DNA of 49,330 bases from Octopus bimaculoides (Eukaryota), in assembly GCF_001194135.2 (NCBI RefSeq), contig NC_068990.1:6719150-6768479 (forward strand). The letters run 5' to 3'. The notes below the pieces were generated by a model. The model worked only from the letters and a program-made list of their open reading frames with translations. It was not told the DNA's origin and ran no database searches. The position numbers and the translations under genes were made by a program. Shown here piece after piece: positions 25,714-37,460 of the stretch (its first letter is position 1; each line of letters begins with the position of its first letter).

Positions 25714-27443
25714 ATTACTGACAGAAATCCCACTTAGATTGCTTAATTGAATGTTGTATTCGGTTCCAGTGTTTCCTTTTCAGTTATCCTTAGTCTCTTC
25801 CTACTATTTCTCTAACGAATTCTTCCACTTTCATAAAAGCAATTCACTCAATACAAAACCCTTAAACTAATTTTATACCTGAAAAGTATAAAATGTATAA
25901 ATGAAAAATGACTTAATTTATACCGACAGGCAAATTCAGTAATCTAATATCTACTCGCTGATTCGTAATTGGCTGTGGCCATGAATAATTAGTCCTCTTT
26001 ACTTTATAAGTAAGTGGGAATTAACGTAGTCTACTGAAACCTAGTGAAGCCCGTTCATTAATAGCTTACTTCTACTTTAGGTCGCTAGCCACAAGCTCTT
26101 GAATTAGTTGTTGCATAAAACAAATTTGAAACGTCATAATTACATGTATTGATATTCAATTTCTGTATTTAGAGAGACAAGTGCTTTTATGTGATATTTG
26201 CACAGGAAGCTTAAACCAATATTTGTTGCGTGTCATGGGGCACTAACACATATCAATAAAGAAGCTTACATATCACCCATTCGGTTTAAGCAACGTTACG
26301 AATATATATTGATTTTTTTCTTTTTGCATCGGCACTTGGTCTCACGGTTTACTGATAAGGAGTATGGCGGATTAACTCGATCCTCGTAAGAGACCGGCAT
26401 ACATTTTATCGCAATACGAGGTAAGATTTATGACTGTTGCGAAATGTGAACTCAACATATTTACAGTCGAACGCAAGAGGGGAAGTCCTGTAGTTTACTG
26501 CTCTGCTGTCTATACATTATCTTCACTAAAATCGAGATAAATAATTAATTTCTTTTGCCTTAATTCATGAACAATTTCTACAGATAAAGATAACGCGTAG
26601 CCTTCCATTCTAAATTTATCATGTATTATTTTCTTGTGTGGAAATAAAAGACAAATTAGAGTCAGAGACAGCTTTAAGTGTCATAGTATCAGAGGTGATA
26701 ATATATTACATACACTCTTTATTTTCCTAACTTTCACATACACACACCATGTATATCTACTAGCCATTAATAAATAGTTGAATAACTTTATTAATTTTTT
26801 TGTAGTTATTAACTGTGAGTGTGTGTATGTGTGTAAAATATATTGTCATGTGCACAGTGAATAGCGAGAATCAACAGGATATCATGTATATTCATTCTTA
26901 ATACGTTCCGGCATATTCGAACGTGAATATGATAACCGCTGTTATATCCCGTTATTGGTAAACAACGTCTCCCATTAGACAAGTTTGTGTTTAAAATGCA
27001 TAAGATTCATTAAGGCAATGACACTTTGGGACACTGGTTAAATCGAATCTGTTGTATAATCTCTCAGTCAAAGCTTCGCCATATTTATTAATTTAACAAT
27101 GACGAAATACGATTAGTATATATGTTCACCTAGCACCAGCGAGTTTATCGTTCATCATTGATTGGCAGACATCAGCATACAGCAGTGAAGTACACTGTAA
27201 GTTATTTTTTTTTGTCGTTGCTCAGTAATTCTTATTGCTTCTGTCTACAAATAAAAGGAAATGACTACTATTCCCTTGAAACTTTGCTTTTGCTTCCATG
27301 GAACACATTACTTCTCTTGCTTTCATGGAACGCACGCCTATAAATGATTGATTTAAATTTATGAAAATCTAAGCCTATCTACATTGACAGGTATTTACTA
27401 ACAAAACTAAGTACTCCAATTATTATCGGTATAATTATGTATG

Positions 27444-27517
<74 letters not shown>

Positions 27518-27625
27518 NNNNNNNNNNNNNNNNNNNNNNNNNNNNNNNNNNNNNNNNNNNNNNNNNNNNNNNNNNNNNNNNNNNNNNNNNNNNNNNNNNN
27601 NNNNNNNNNNNNNNNNNNNNNNNNN

Positions 27626-27662
<37 letters not shown>

Positions 27663-27816
27663 TATATATATACATACACAAGGGCAAATATTTCACAGGA
27701 AACATAATTCCTGAAAAATTAATTTGCTAAGATAGTGTTAATTCTGTTATTATCTAGTATGACTATTTTAAAATGATAATAACAAAATCAATAAGCATTA
27801 AATAGCTGAAGGATTA

Positions 27817-28168
27817 AAATTAATCAAAGGACATACTAAGTATGTTTACCTGCTGGAAATAACAGTCAAAACTCTTATTTAAATCGCCAAAATACACTGA
27901 TGTTAACTACAGAAATCAACCGAAAGCAGATCAGGTTAATACAATCTCCTAACGTACATTTAAGTATTTGGACTCACGTGGAACGGTTTCTGCATTGGTA
28001 AAGATAGCCGTATGTCCAAATACTTAGACGTACGTTAGGAGATTATATTAACCTGATCTGCTTTCGGTTGATTTCTGCAGTTATCATCAGTGTATTTTGG
28101 CGATTTAAATACGTTTTTACTGTTATTTCCAGCAGGTTGACATACTTAGTATGGCCATTGATTAATTT
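27817..28168. repeat. Long inverted repeat / foldback element (arms 27817-27973 and 28014-28168, 40-bp spacer)
   Basis: Manual alignment of the left arm with the reverse complement of the right arm gives about 11 substitutions plus a 2-nt indel over ~157 nt (~92% identity). Confidence 0.95.
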
Positions 28169-28180
28169 ATATATATATAC

Positions 28181-29453
28181 GCAACATTGAAAATAATACT
28201 AACATCTCATTTTAACAGATATACTTATCAAGATTACATTAAAATATCATGGAATACTAAACAGTAAAGTTATTTAATAAAATCGCCATTGGCTTCAACC
28301 ACGGCCTCCAGACGATTTCGGAACCTCCTGCAACTCTTTTGAACGGCCTCCTTGTTTAAGTTGGTGAATGCTGCCATAATCCTTGCCCTCAGTTCATCTT
28401 TGGTGTTACAAGGAGTTTTGTTGGTCTCTCGATCAACTGAGTTCCACACATAATTATCAAGGGCATTGCAGTGTGGGGAGATAGGTGACCAGATATTAGG
28501 GCTGATGTGGTCGCAGATATTGTCTGACAACTATGACTGGGTTCTCCTGCTCGTGTGGCCTGCTGGTGCAGAGTTCTGTTGCCAGACACAGGGTCTTCCA
28601 GCAGCCATCCTTTTGACTCAAGATAATACTACCTCCTCCAGGCACTTAATATAGGTCTCCGTTTTGAGTTTGAGGCGTGTGGGAAGATGAATGGAGGCAT
28701 AACTTCGCCAATCACTAGTGATCACTCCAAACACCATGATGTTAGCTGGATGTTTGATTCTTATCACTCTCAGTACATGTTTTGGGGACACGACAAGCCA
28801 ACGGCTGTTCTGTGTGTTCACCGTTCTGATCCTGGCAGAATTTTTTCTCGTCTGAGGAAAACCAAAGCATGTTCGTTTGGAAGGGAGACTTGAGTTTGTT
28901 CAAAAGCTTTGTAATGCGGTCTTTTTTCTTGTCCTTGATGGCGTGGGATTAAAATTGGCCCTTTGTCATCTTGAATGAGGTATACCGAATGTCTTCAGGC
29001 ACTACCTGCTTGATAAGAAACTCTGACACTCCCATGTCCCTGCCGATAGATTTGATTGATTTGGAGGGATCGTTGTCAATCATGGCCTTGATCTCACCAA
29101 CACATTTAGGAGTTCTTTTCTTATTAGAGCGATCAAAGTGAGTTTTTCGAGCTGCCGTACCTTCATAATCACCATTAGACTCATGCAACTCTTTCCGAAT
29201 TCCCTGCACTGTGCTCAGATTGACATCCAAACACTCCGAAATATTTGTATCGCAGCTTCCGGCGCGAATGCCAAGCAGTACAGCATATCGTTTCCAAGTT
29301 TTTGGCAGAGTGAATTGCGTCATGGTAGTGTTATTCTCACAGACGGTGCCTAACTGCCTCTATTATACTGTGTAGTCGATAAAATCAAAAACAAATAATG
29401 CGCATGCGCGAAATAAATAAATGAAATGGCAACAAATTACCCATCGCAGCCTA
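28181..29453 (-). mobile_element. Tc1/mariner-superfamily DD37D (maT-type) transposon, degraded, 3' TIR missing
   Basis: Transposase fragments on the minus strand: MTQFTLPKTWKRYAVLLGIRAG..., MVFGVITSD, WQQNSAP...WSPISPHCNALDNYVW, ...RLEAVVEANGDFIK. Spacing from the (D/N)SAP to the LD(N/Y) acidic residue fits DD37D apart from one extra codon. 5' TIR-like AGGCTGCGATGGGTAATTTGTTGCC at 29427-29453. Stops and frameshifts present. Confidence 0.9.
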
Positions 29454-29474
29454 TATATGTGTGTGTATATACAT

Positions 29475-29517
<43 letters not shown>

Positions 29518-29779
29518 TATATATATAAGCATTATTATTTGTAAATCTCTCAACGAGAGACATTCAGTAACAGTACTCTAAAGTAAAGATTATTTGCCAA
29601 CATATTGTGGTTGGGACGAATGTTACTGTTATTTATCCCCATGAAACATCATCTCCTGCTGGCTATACGACACACCATCTGTGTCCTTATATTTTCGATC
29701 TGGAATGTTTAGCATCCCCACCCAGCACAAAGCAATATCTGTGGACAAATTATATGTTAAAGAATTGAGAGAGAAAAAG

Positions 29780-29796
29780 GAAGAGAGAAATGAAGT

Positions 29797-29832
<36 letters not shown>

Positions 29833-29833
29833 A

Positions 29834-29887
<54 letters not shown>

Positions 29888-29900
29888 AGAGAAAGGGAAG
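29780..29900. repeat. (GA)n-rich microsatellite
   Basis: Direct inspection. Confidence 0.95.
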
Positions 29901-30094
29901 ACAGAAAAAAGGTTGAAGCAGGGAGAATATGAGAGAGGGAGAAAGACCTGGAAGAATTAGAAAAATTTGACAGAGATACAGGTGTGGACCGAAGAGGTGA
30001 AGACCATCTATTTGAATAATATTTAAAGATAAGGGACATCGGGCAATTACCGATTTCGTCAGATCGGTGAATATTTCCAAGTTCGAGAGTATGT

Positions 30095-30250
30095 TGACTA
30101 CTTCGACTCCAGTGCTCAAGGGGTACTTATTTTATCGACCTAGAAAGGATGAAAAACAAAGTCAACATCGAAGGAATTTAAGAGACGAACGAAATGCCGC
30201 TAAACATTTTTGCCAGGAATGATAACGGTTCTGCCAGCTTGCCTCCTTAT
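30095..30250 (-). mobile_element. SINE copy, minus strand
   Basis: Reverse complement GGAGGCAAGCTGGCAGAACCGTT...TTTCATCCTTTCTAGGTCGATAAAATAAGTACC, same family. Confidence 0.8.
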
Positions 30251-31136
30251 AACAAAATATATTAAAATCCATCGCGTTTTGTGGTTGAGAATTGAGAATG
30301 CTGTATTAGGTAAACTTCCACTCACTTACTTTCATTAATTTACTACTCTATATGTCATGGGATTGCAGGCAAGCTGGAGCGCAGCTTTCAAATCTTTGGT
30401 GGTTCATATCAACCATAGAACATATCTCAGATAGGCTCTTATTTTACTGGTGTCTGTACACCGCTATGTTAATGGACGCAAAACGCCATCGAAGAAGACG
30501 CTAGTTTTATTAACCTTATATATATATATATATATATATNNNNNNNNNNNNNNNNNNNNNNNNNNNNNNNNNNNNNNNNNNNNNNNNNNNNNNNNNNNNN
30601 NNNNNNNNNNNNNNNNNNNNNNNNNNNNNNNNNNNNNNNNNNNNNNNNNNNNNNNNNNNNNNNNNNNNNNNNNNNNNNNNNNNNNNNNNNNNNNNNNNNN
30701 NNNNNNNNNNNNNNNNNNNNNNNNNNNNNNNNNNNNNNNNNNNNNCTAAAAAAGAACTTTTTGAAGCATATTAGTCCACATTAAATTCATTCAAATACAG
30801 TGATGTTTGTGTTGGAAAAAACAGAAAGACATCGCACCTAAGTATCGACTATTTTTTTTTCTTCGAAAACACATTTGTTTTGAATATACTTATCTATTTT
30901 CTGTCTTCTGTTTTCTATAACACAATTTAAAATAGAAATACATCGAAAATTAATTTCAACTATGTTTTTCACAATTTATTGTCTCTTCAAAATGATAAAA
31001 TGAATAATTTTAAAGTAATTAATATAAGAAAATTATATGAAATTTATTTCGCCTTGTTTTTCTTTAAGTGTGTATGTATGTTCTTACGTATAGAATCCAA
31101 GGTAATAAGCGTTTGGACGTTCTAACTGCTTTTGTA

Positions 31137-31384
31137 GTAATAGTTATCACGGCTTATTGTGTTTGGAGTAATAGTTATCACGGTTTATTGTGTTTGGAGT
31201 AATAGTTATCACAGTTTATTGTGTTTGGAGTAATAGTTATCACGGTTTATTGTGTTTGGAGTAATAGTTATCACGGTTTATTTTGTTTGGAGTAATAGTT
31301 ATCACGGTTTATTGTGTTTGGAGTAATAGTTATCACGGTTTATTTTGTTTGGAGTAATAGTTATCACGGTTTATTTTGTTTGGA
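31137..31384. repeat. Minisatellite, 8 x 31 bp (GTAATAGTTATCACGGTTTATTGTGTTTGGA)
   Basis: Eight contiguous units. Single variants in units 1 and 3; a shared G>T variant in units 5, 7 and 8. Confidence 0.97.
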
Positions 31385-31454
31385 TACATGACCGCAATCT
31401 GTAAGAGCGGAGTGTTGTCGATTAGATCTGCCCAACACACACGCACACACACGC

Positions 31455-31497
<43 letters not shown>

Positions 31498-33261
31498 AGA
31501 TCATCCCATAAACAATGACTGTCAGAGTTAATTATGGCGGGAGTTAATTAGAGGAGCTAAAGGCGGGTAACCTAGTATTCCCGAGACCCCATACATTCAT
31601 CACCAAGCCACTCCTACCGCCTTAGTAATAATTATTTCTAACATAAGCACACTACCAGAATAATTCAGGTGAGGGTAGTACTTAACGGATACTTAAGTCA
31701 GCTGCAATAAATAATGTATTCAGTACATCTTCCTGGAGGACATTAAAATACAACGCAATAAATATATCTGACTCTATACCAATTAAAACAAAGCAAAACG
31801 CACAAACTCTATTACATTTTAACTCCAGTATACATGAACAACTTGTCAAAAAGTTCATAAAACAAGCAAAAAATGCATTGCATCGAACATATACTAACAA
31901 AAAACACAGAATTAATAGAAAATACACTTTAGTAGTAAGCTACAACCAGATAAACAGCAGTCAAGTTGCGAATGACCTATTTAATTTACAAATGTGATTG
32001 CAAACTTAAAGGTGGTAAAATTCAGGACTGTAACTGTTATATTGGCCACATAAGAATGAAACTTTCCGGTCGACTTATCGTAATGCAAAATTAGACTGTT
32101 AAGAAATAAGACATTTACTCACCACATAATTCCTCGCAAAAATAGAGGAGAAACAATAACGAAATACACGGCCCAGAAATAGTCAAATAACAACTTAGTC
32201 AATAACAAAAAAAAAAAAAACATCCCTGACCAATGATGTCTTATCATAACAATTCCGGCGTTAATGTCAGTTTCATTCTCATTGGTTCCGCCTGATATTA
32301 AGTAGTAAAATCATGTATTAATACATTTAAATTCATCTTGACCAAGGAGTAGGAACTTCCTTTTGTAATGTCCCCCTCCCATAGGCAAAAAGGGAAGAAG
32401 TATGTATGATTGATCCATCACAATTTCTAATGGCGTTAACTGAAGTTGTCCAAATGTAATTCAAGTAATAATATTTTTGTATGATGTCATATTGGTGCTG
32501 TTGCACCGAATATTGCTGTATGGAGATTGCTTCCGTTGACAACATTCAAATGGCTTAGCGGAAAGTAATGCCAAGAAACTTAAGATGCATCCAATCAAAC
32601 ATATTTTAATATCTTTTCTATTGATGTTAGGCAAGAAATGACGCACAAAATAATAGTTGAGAAATGGCAGCTTTTAAAGTAATTCATATATTCACTATAC
32701 TGTACCGAAGCCACAATTACTAGTGTAGAGAAAAATAATTTTTTAAGTCTGTCGTTGTAATCTGAAATAGGTAAGAATTGAATATTACAGAGAACTGTAT
32801 GGTTATTGACATTTCATGTCTTCTTACAATATTGCCAGATGTCAGCATTTTGAGCCTTTTTTGAAGAGACGAGAGCTATAATTGGTTACTACTCTGTTTT
32901 TGTATAAGTCTAAGTCCTTTGACTACTGGGGATAAAGTTGGATATTTGTCGTTCTGATCAAGGCCAGTGAGTCAGAAGCACATGTCTACAACTGTTCTCT
33001 TATCTCTGGAGAATAAACCTGTCCCTTTCTTTAATAACATGACCGTTTTGGAAAATGCTTGAATCTCCAGATTATCTCCCCTACTCAAGCGGAGCCAGCC
33101 ATAAATGCCATTTGCTAATTACGGTACATTCTCTTGAGGCAGAGATAATTTTAATAATTCAAGAATTTTTGTTTTATGGTATTTGACACACCTGTATTTG
33201 TCTGCATGCATATGCGCGCGCGCACACACACACACACACAGATGTGTATATATTTTAAATT

Positions 33262-33667
33262 ATGTCAGTTGTCCTCCTTGGGGCAGAAACTTGGACAATG
33301 TAGAAAACAATGGAAAAGAAGACAGATGCGTTTGAGATGCTGGTTAGATTGAGCGGATAAGCTAGAAATAAAGGCTAACAAACGCTGCACATCTAGAAAG
33401 GCTGAAAGTCCAAACACAGATACTGTAGCGAATCAAATCAGCAAAGTTATTATAATTTGGAAATGCGATGCAACACGAGTCTGAAAGAAAATTCGAAGAA
33501 CAGAGCAAGAGCCAGTCAAAAAAGTTTGTCGACTGACGGCAAAAGAGTATGGACTGGTAACAAGATCGTAGGTCCTGGTTTGCATGCTGCACAACACATA
33601 GGGAATTGTAGAGTCTTGGCATGCCGGCCGTTGGGTACGGAGTGGGTACCTGGCTGATGGTAATGAT
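33262..33667 (+). mobile_element. RTE-clade LINE 3' fragment
   Basis: VLLGAETWTM*KTMEKKTDAFEM (RTE motif LYGAETWT...KKLDAFEM), IKSAKLL*FGN (R.L.YFGH), ending in a GAT-like tail. Confidence 0.75.
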
Positions 33668-33871
33668 ATATATATATATATAGACTACAATATTTGAAAG
33701 AGATACATATCAGAGATTCCTGGCGCTGCTTGGTAACACTCATCTCGTTTGTTTGTAGTCACTTTAAAAAGGAATATATATATATATATANNNNNNNNNN
33801 NNNNNNNNNNNNNNNNNNNNNNNNNNNNNNNNNNNNNNNNNNNNNNNNNTGTGTGTGTGTATGTGTGTGTG

Positions 33872-33923
<52 letters not shown>

Positions 33924-33944
33924 TAATATAATATATCTTTTATC

Positions 33945-34130
33945 TTTTACTTGTTTCTGTTATTAGATTGCAGCCATACCGGGGTACTGCCTTGAAGAAT
34001 TCCACTCGAGCGAATCGATCCTAGTACCTTTTTAAAGCCTGGTAATATTCTAGCGGTCACTTTTACCATACCGCTCAGTTACGGGGACGTATGCACCGGT
34101 CGTCAAACAGTGGTGGAAAACAAACAAAGA
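33945..34130 (-). mobile_element. SINE 3' portion (related subfamily with ...CCCCGGTATGGCTGCAATCTAATAACAGAAACAAGTAAAAGA tail)
   Basis: Shares its 3' end with fragments at 39308-39360 (+, GGTGCCCCAGCATGGCCACAGCTCATGAGCTGAAACTAGATAAAA) and 42136-42192 (-). Confidence 0.7.
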
Positions 34131-34708
34131 CACAAAGACACACACACACACATGCTGATGTGCAGACAAACTCTGAGGTTTATCTGTAGATTCCTGTACT
34201 TCATGCTCATTTCTTTGACAGATCTGCAGTCCTGAATCAGGGAAAGACCAGTATTGGCCACTTGGTATCTAAAATGCCGCCAATCGCTTCACCCGTCGGT
34301 CAGTGCAATTAGCTGCAGTTCCATTATAGCAATGGTAGCTCCATAGTAATATATAGAGAACAAGTGATGGCTAAGAGCGATTACGCTCACGGGGTAACTC
34401 TAGGCATGGACGAAGACAAAAATTCGTTGGTCTGTTTGTTTCGGAGGACGTTTGACGAGATAACTTTGAGAAATCCCTGGCTTGGCACTAATTGTGAGAC
34501 ACACTTCTGTGTCGATATAAACTCTTCAAGAACGATGTATGCCATGTACTGATAGAGACGAGTGACGAGCGACAAAGTTATATTACAGGCACTTCTCATA
34601 CAATGTCCAATCAAGCCATCTTTAATTTCGCCATGGAGACCACTTTATCGCCCTCTGTTAAAAAAAAAAATGCAAAGGGAAGAGCTCGTTTCCAACAACT
34701 TTGTGGAA

Positions 34709-34775
34709 ATGATTAGGTTGAAGAGCTTTGTTCTAAGCATTCACCTCTACATTACAGCTGGTTGCTTGTATTCAT
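34709..34775 (+). CDS. Candidate first coding exon (signal peptide) of the class B GPCR
   Basis: ATG at 34709 (in-frame upstream ATG at 34670) gives MIRLKSFVLSIHLYITAGCLYS: basic n-region then hydrophobic stretch. It ends in phase 1 at T|GTATGT, compatible with the phase-1 acceptor at 48086. GTATGT is common by chance in this GTAT-rich DNA. Confidence 0.3.
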
Positions 34776-34907
34776 GTATGTATTCATATATTTTTCATCT
34801 TAATCCTCTGTCATCACCCTCTACTCCATGAAAACCATCAAACAGATTAAAATCACACTTTGTAATGCCCATTCATCTTTTGTCCCTAAGGCAAATAGAA
34901 GAAATCA

Positions 34908-34930
34908 TTATAACTATCATCATGATCATG

Positions 34931-34985
<55 letters not shown>

Positions 34986-35066
34986 CCATCATCATAGTCG
35001 TTGTCGTCGTCTTCGTCGCTGTCTTTGTCGCCATCATCGTCATCATCATCATCATCATCATCATTG
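34908..35066. repeat. (CAT)n/(CGT)n compound trinucleotide repeat
   Basis: Direct inspection; source of the poly-H/I/M ORFs. Confidence 0.97.
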
Positions 35067-35546
35067 ATGCACGTAAATATATGTATATATAGAATTCTTG
35101 ATGTTATCTCAGCTTCTCGTGTGATGATTATCTTAAATGCTATTTAATAATTGCGTCGCGTCATCCAGAGACGGAAATAATTTTATTAAATCAAGAATAT
35201 ATAATGTATGGTATTTGATATACCTATATTAGTCCATGTTGTTCAAATACATGTCATTGGCCAGTCTGAGATATTTCTCTGGGCTCATGTTAGTTTAAAT
35301 TACACACACACACACATACACACACATACACACACACACACACACACACATTCACACCCACACACATTCACACACACACATTCATGAACGTATATATNNN
35401 NNNNNNNNNNNNNNNNNNNNNNNNNNNNNNNNNNNNNNNNNNNNNNNNNNNNNNNNNNNNNNNNNNNNNNNNNNNNNNNNNNNNNNNNNNNNNNNNNNNN
35501 NNNNNNNNNNNNNNNNNNTATATATATATATATATATATATATTTA

Positions 35547-35930
35547 ATGACCGATGCCATTATTTATGAAGCCACCGAAGATTCTACGACCGCTAAGAAC
35601 ACAGTTTCGTCAAAGACATATGTGGGTCTCACAGAGGGAAATTTTAAAACTAGGTTCAAAAATTACACCTTAAGCTTCAGACACTGGGATAAGCGGAAAA
35701 CAACCAAATTATCCAATGATATATGGTTCTTAAAAGAACAAGGTGTCAGCTATAAGATATACTAGAAGATCTTAGCCAAGTATAAACCTTATGCCAACGG
35801 CAGTGGTAAGTGCGGTCTTTGTGATATGGAAAGATGGCTCATCTGGAAAAGTTCCTTAGACCCGCTACATGTCTAAGTTCAAGAACTGAACTTTTTGGAT
35901 CATGTCCACGTATGACAAAATATTTGTTAC
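35547..35930 (+). pseudogene. Penelope-like element GIY-YIG endonuclease C-terminal fragment
   Basis: IIYEA...TYVGLTEGNFKTRFKNYTLSFRH...TKLSNDIWFLK...Y*KI...PY...CGLCDMERWLI, then a frameshifted SSRTELFGSCPRMTKYLL. This matches the PLE pattern YIG.TE..FK.R..NH..SF / LS.YIW.LK / C.LC..EK / LN.R.EL...C.H..K.LL. One in-frame stop at 35763. Confidence 0.88.
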
Positions 35931-37460
35931 GGTTTTGGGCCCTCCAAGATCACGGATAGAACCTTCTTTTTTATTATGTTCTCGTACAAGCCTTCCATAT
36001 GTCTAAACATTTTTTATTCTTCCATATATTTTTTTTTAATATTTTTTCCTTTTTTCCTTTTTTAGGTTGTGTGATTGTATACGTGTGTGAGTATATGTAT
36101 ATGTATGTATATATTGAATGTGTATGTGTGTGCATGTGTATATATGTCTACGCGTGCATGTATGTATATCTGCAGTTGTAAGAGTGTTGATAGGAGGGTG
36201 TATATGTATGTATGTGTATATCTGTATACATATGTACATGTATATATATTCATATATGCAGTGAGTGTGAATACTTGCCTGTACGACGATGTATATATGT
36301 GTTTGTGTGTATGTGTTAGTATATTTTATATGGATAAATGTCTAATATATTTGTAAGCATACATCTATGTATTTATGAAGATGCGGTTGCGTACATATAG
36401 ACGTATATGTGTGTATATTTATACATGTATGTGTATGTATATATATTTGTATATGCCTGTGTGCGCGTTGAGATGTGTATATGAGCACGTAAATGAACGT
36501 ATATATTTTGTGTGTGTATGGGCATATATATATATACACACACGAAACATATACGTTCATTTACGTGCTCATATATATATAGATGTTCGTGTGAGTGTGC
36601 ATGTAGACTTTACGGACGCAGAAGTTTTTATATGTATTGTGAGAATATGGTTGCATGTTTTTTTTAGANNNNNNNNNNATATATATATGTGTGTGTGTGT
36701 GTGTGTGTAACTATACGCATACAGGTACATACATGTATGTATATATGTACGTATGTATGGTATGTATGTATGTATGTATGTATGTATGCATGCTTGCGTT
36801 TATATATGTATGTATGTGTGTGTGTATGTACATGCATGAAAATTCATAAACTATATACAACGGATTGACTTTGATTAGTCATAATAGATAACATTATCTT
36901 TGGTGTCATCAAACTAGGAGAGCGATGCCAACGACAAGAAGCTCCGTGCAATTGGTAGCAATTATTGATTGTTTCAGTGGAGCAATTCTACATTGTTCTA
37001 TGCCAGCAAAAATAACAGGGGATACCACTAATAGCACTTTAGATTTATGGCGGTATATCATGGAAAATGACTACGGCTCCACTTTTGTGGACAGAGAAAG
37101 AAAAAAAAAATATATGTCATTTTAAAATATTGTCTCATCAATTATTTATTATGATTAACATGATTAATATTGTGTTCATTTGTCAATTCATGAATATGAG
37201 CTTGTCACACTGTATGTATGAATGTATGTATGCATGTATGTATGCATGCATGTTGCATACATGCATGAATGTATGTATGTATGCATGTATGTATGCATGC
37301 ATGTTGCATACATGCATGAATGTATGTATGCATGCATGTATGTATGCAAGCATGCATGTATTTATATATGTACAGTATATATGTATGTATGTATCGTATG
37401 TAGTGAATATATACATATACGTACATACATAAATACATGTGTATATATCCTATATTTTTA

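Noticed and set aside
27897-27945. Hammerhead core within the palindrome arms (CTGATGA...CCGAAAGC)
   Set aside because: Stem II pairs poorly and no stem III/stem I partner follows GAAA.
31137-31384. CRISPR-like array (31-bp repeats; also 4710-4833)
   Set aside because: Units are contiguous with no unique spacers, no cas genes are present, and the context is eukaryotic.
32333-32646. Minus-strand 61-70 aa ORFs, faint piggyBac-like LDNF motif
   Set aside because: Stops in all frames and the motif match is too short to support any call.
34828-35092. Poly-His/Ile/Met ORFs
   Set aside because: Translations of a (CAT)n repeat; no splice or domain support.
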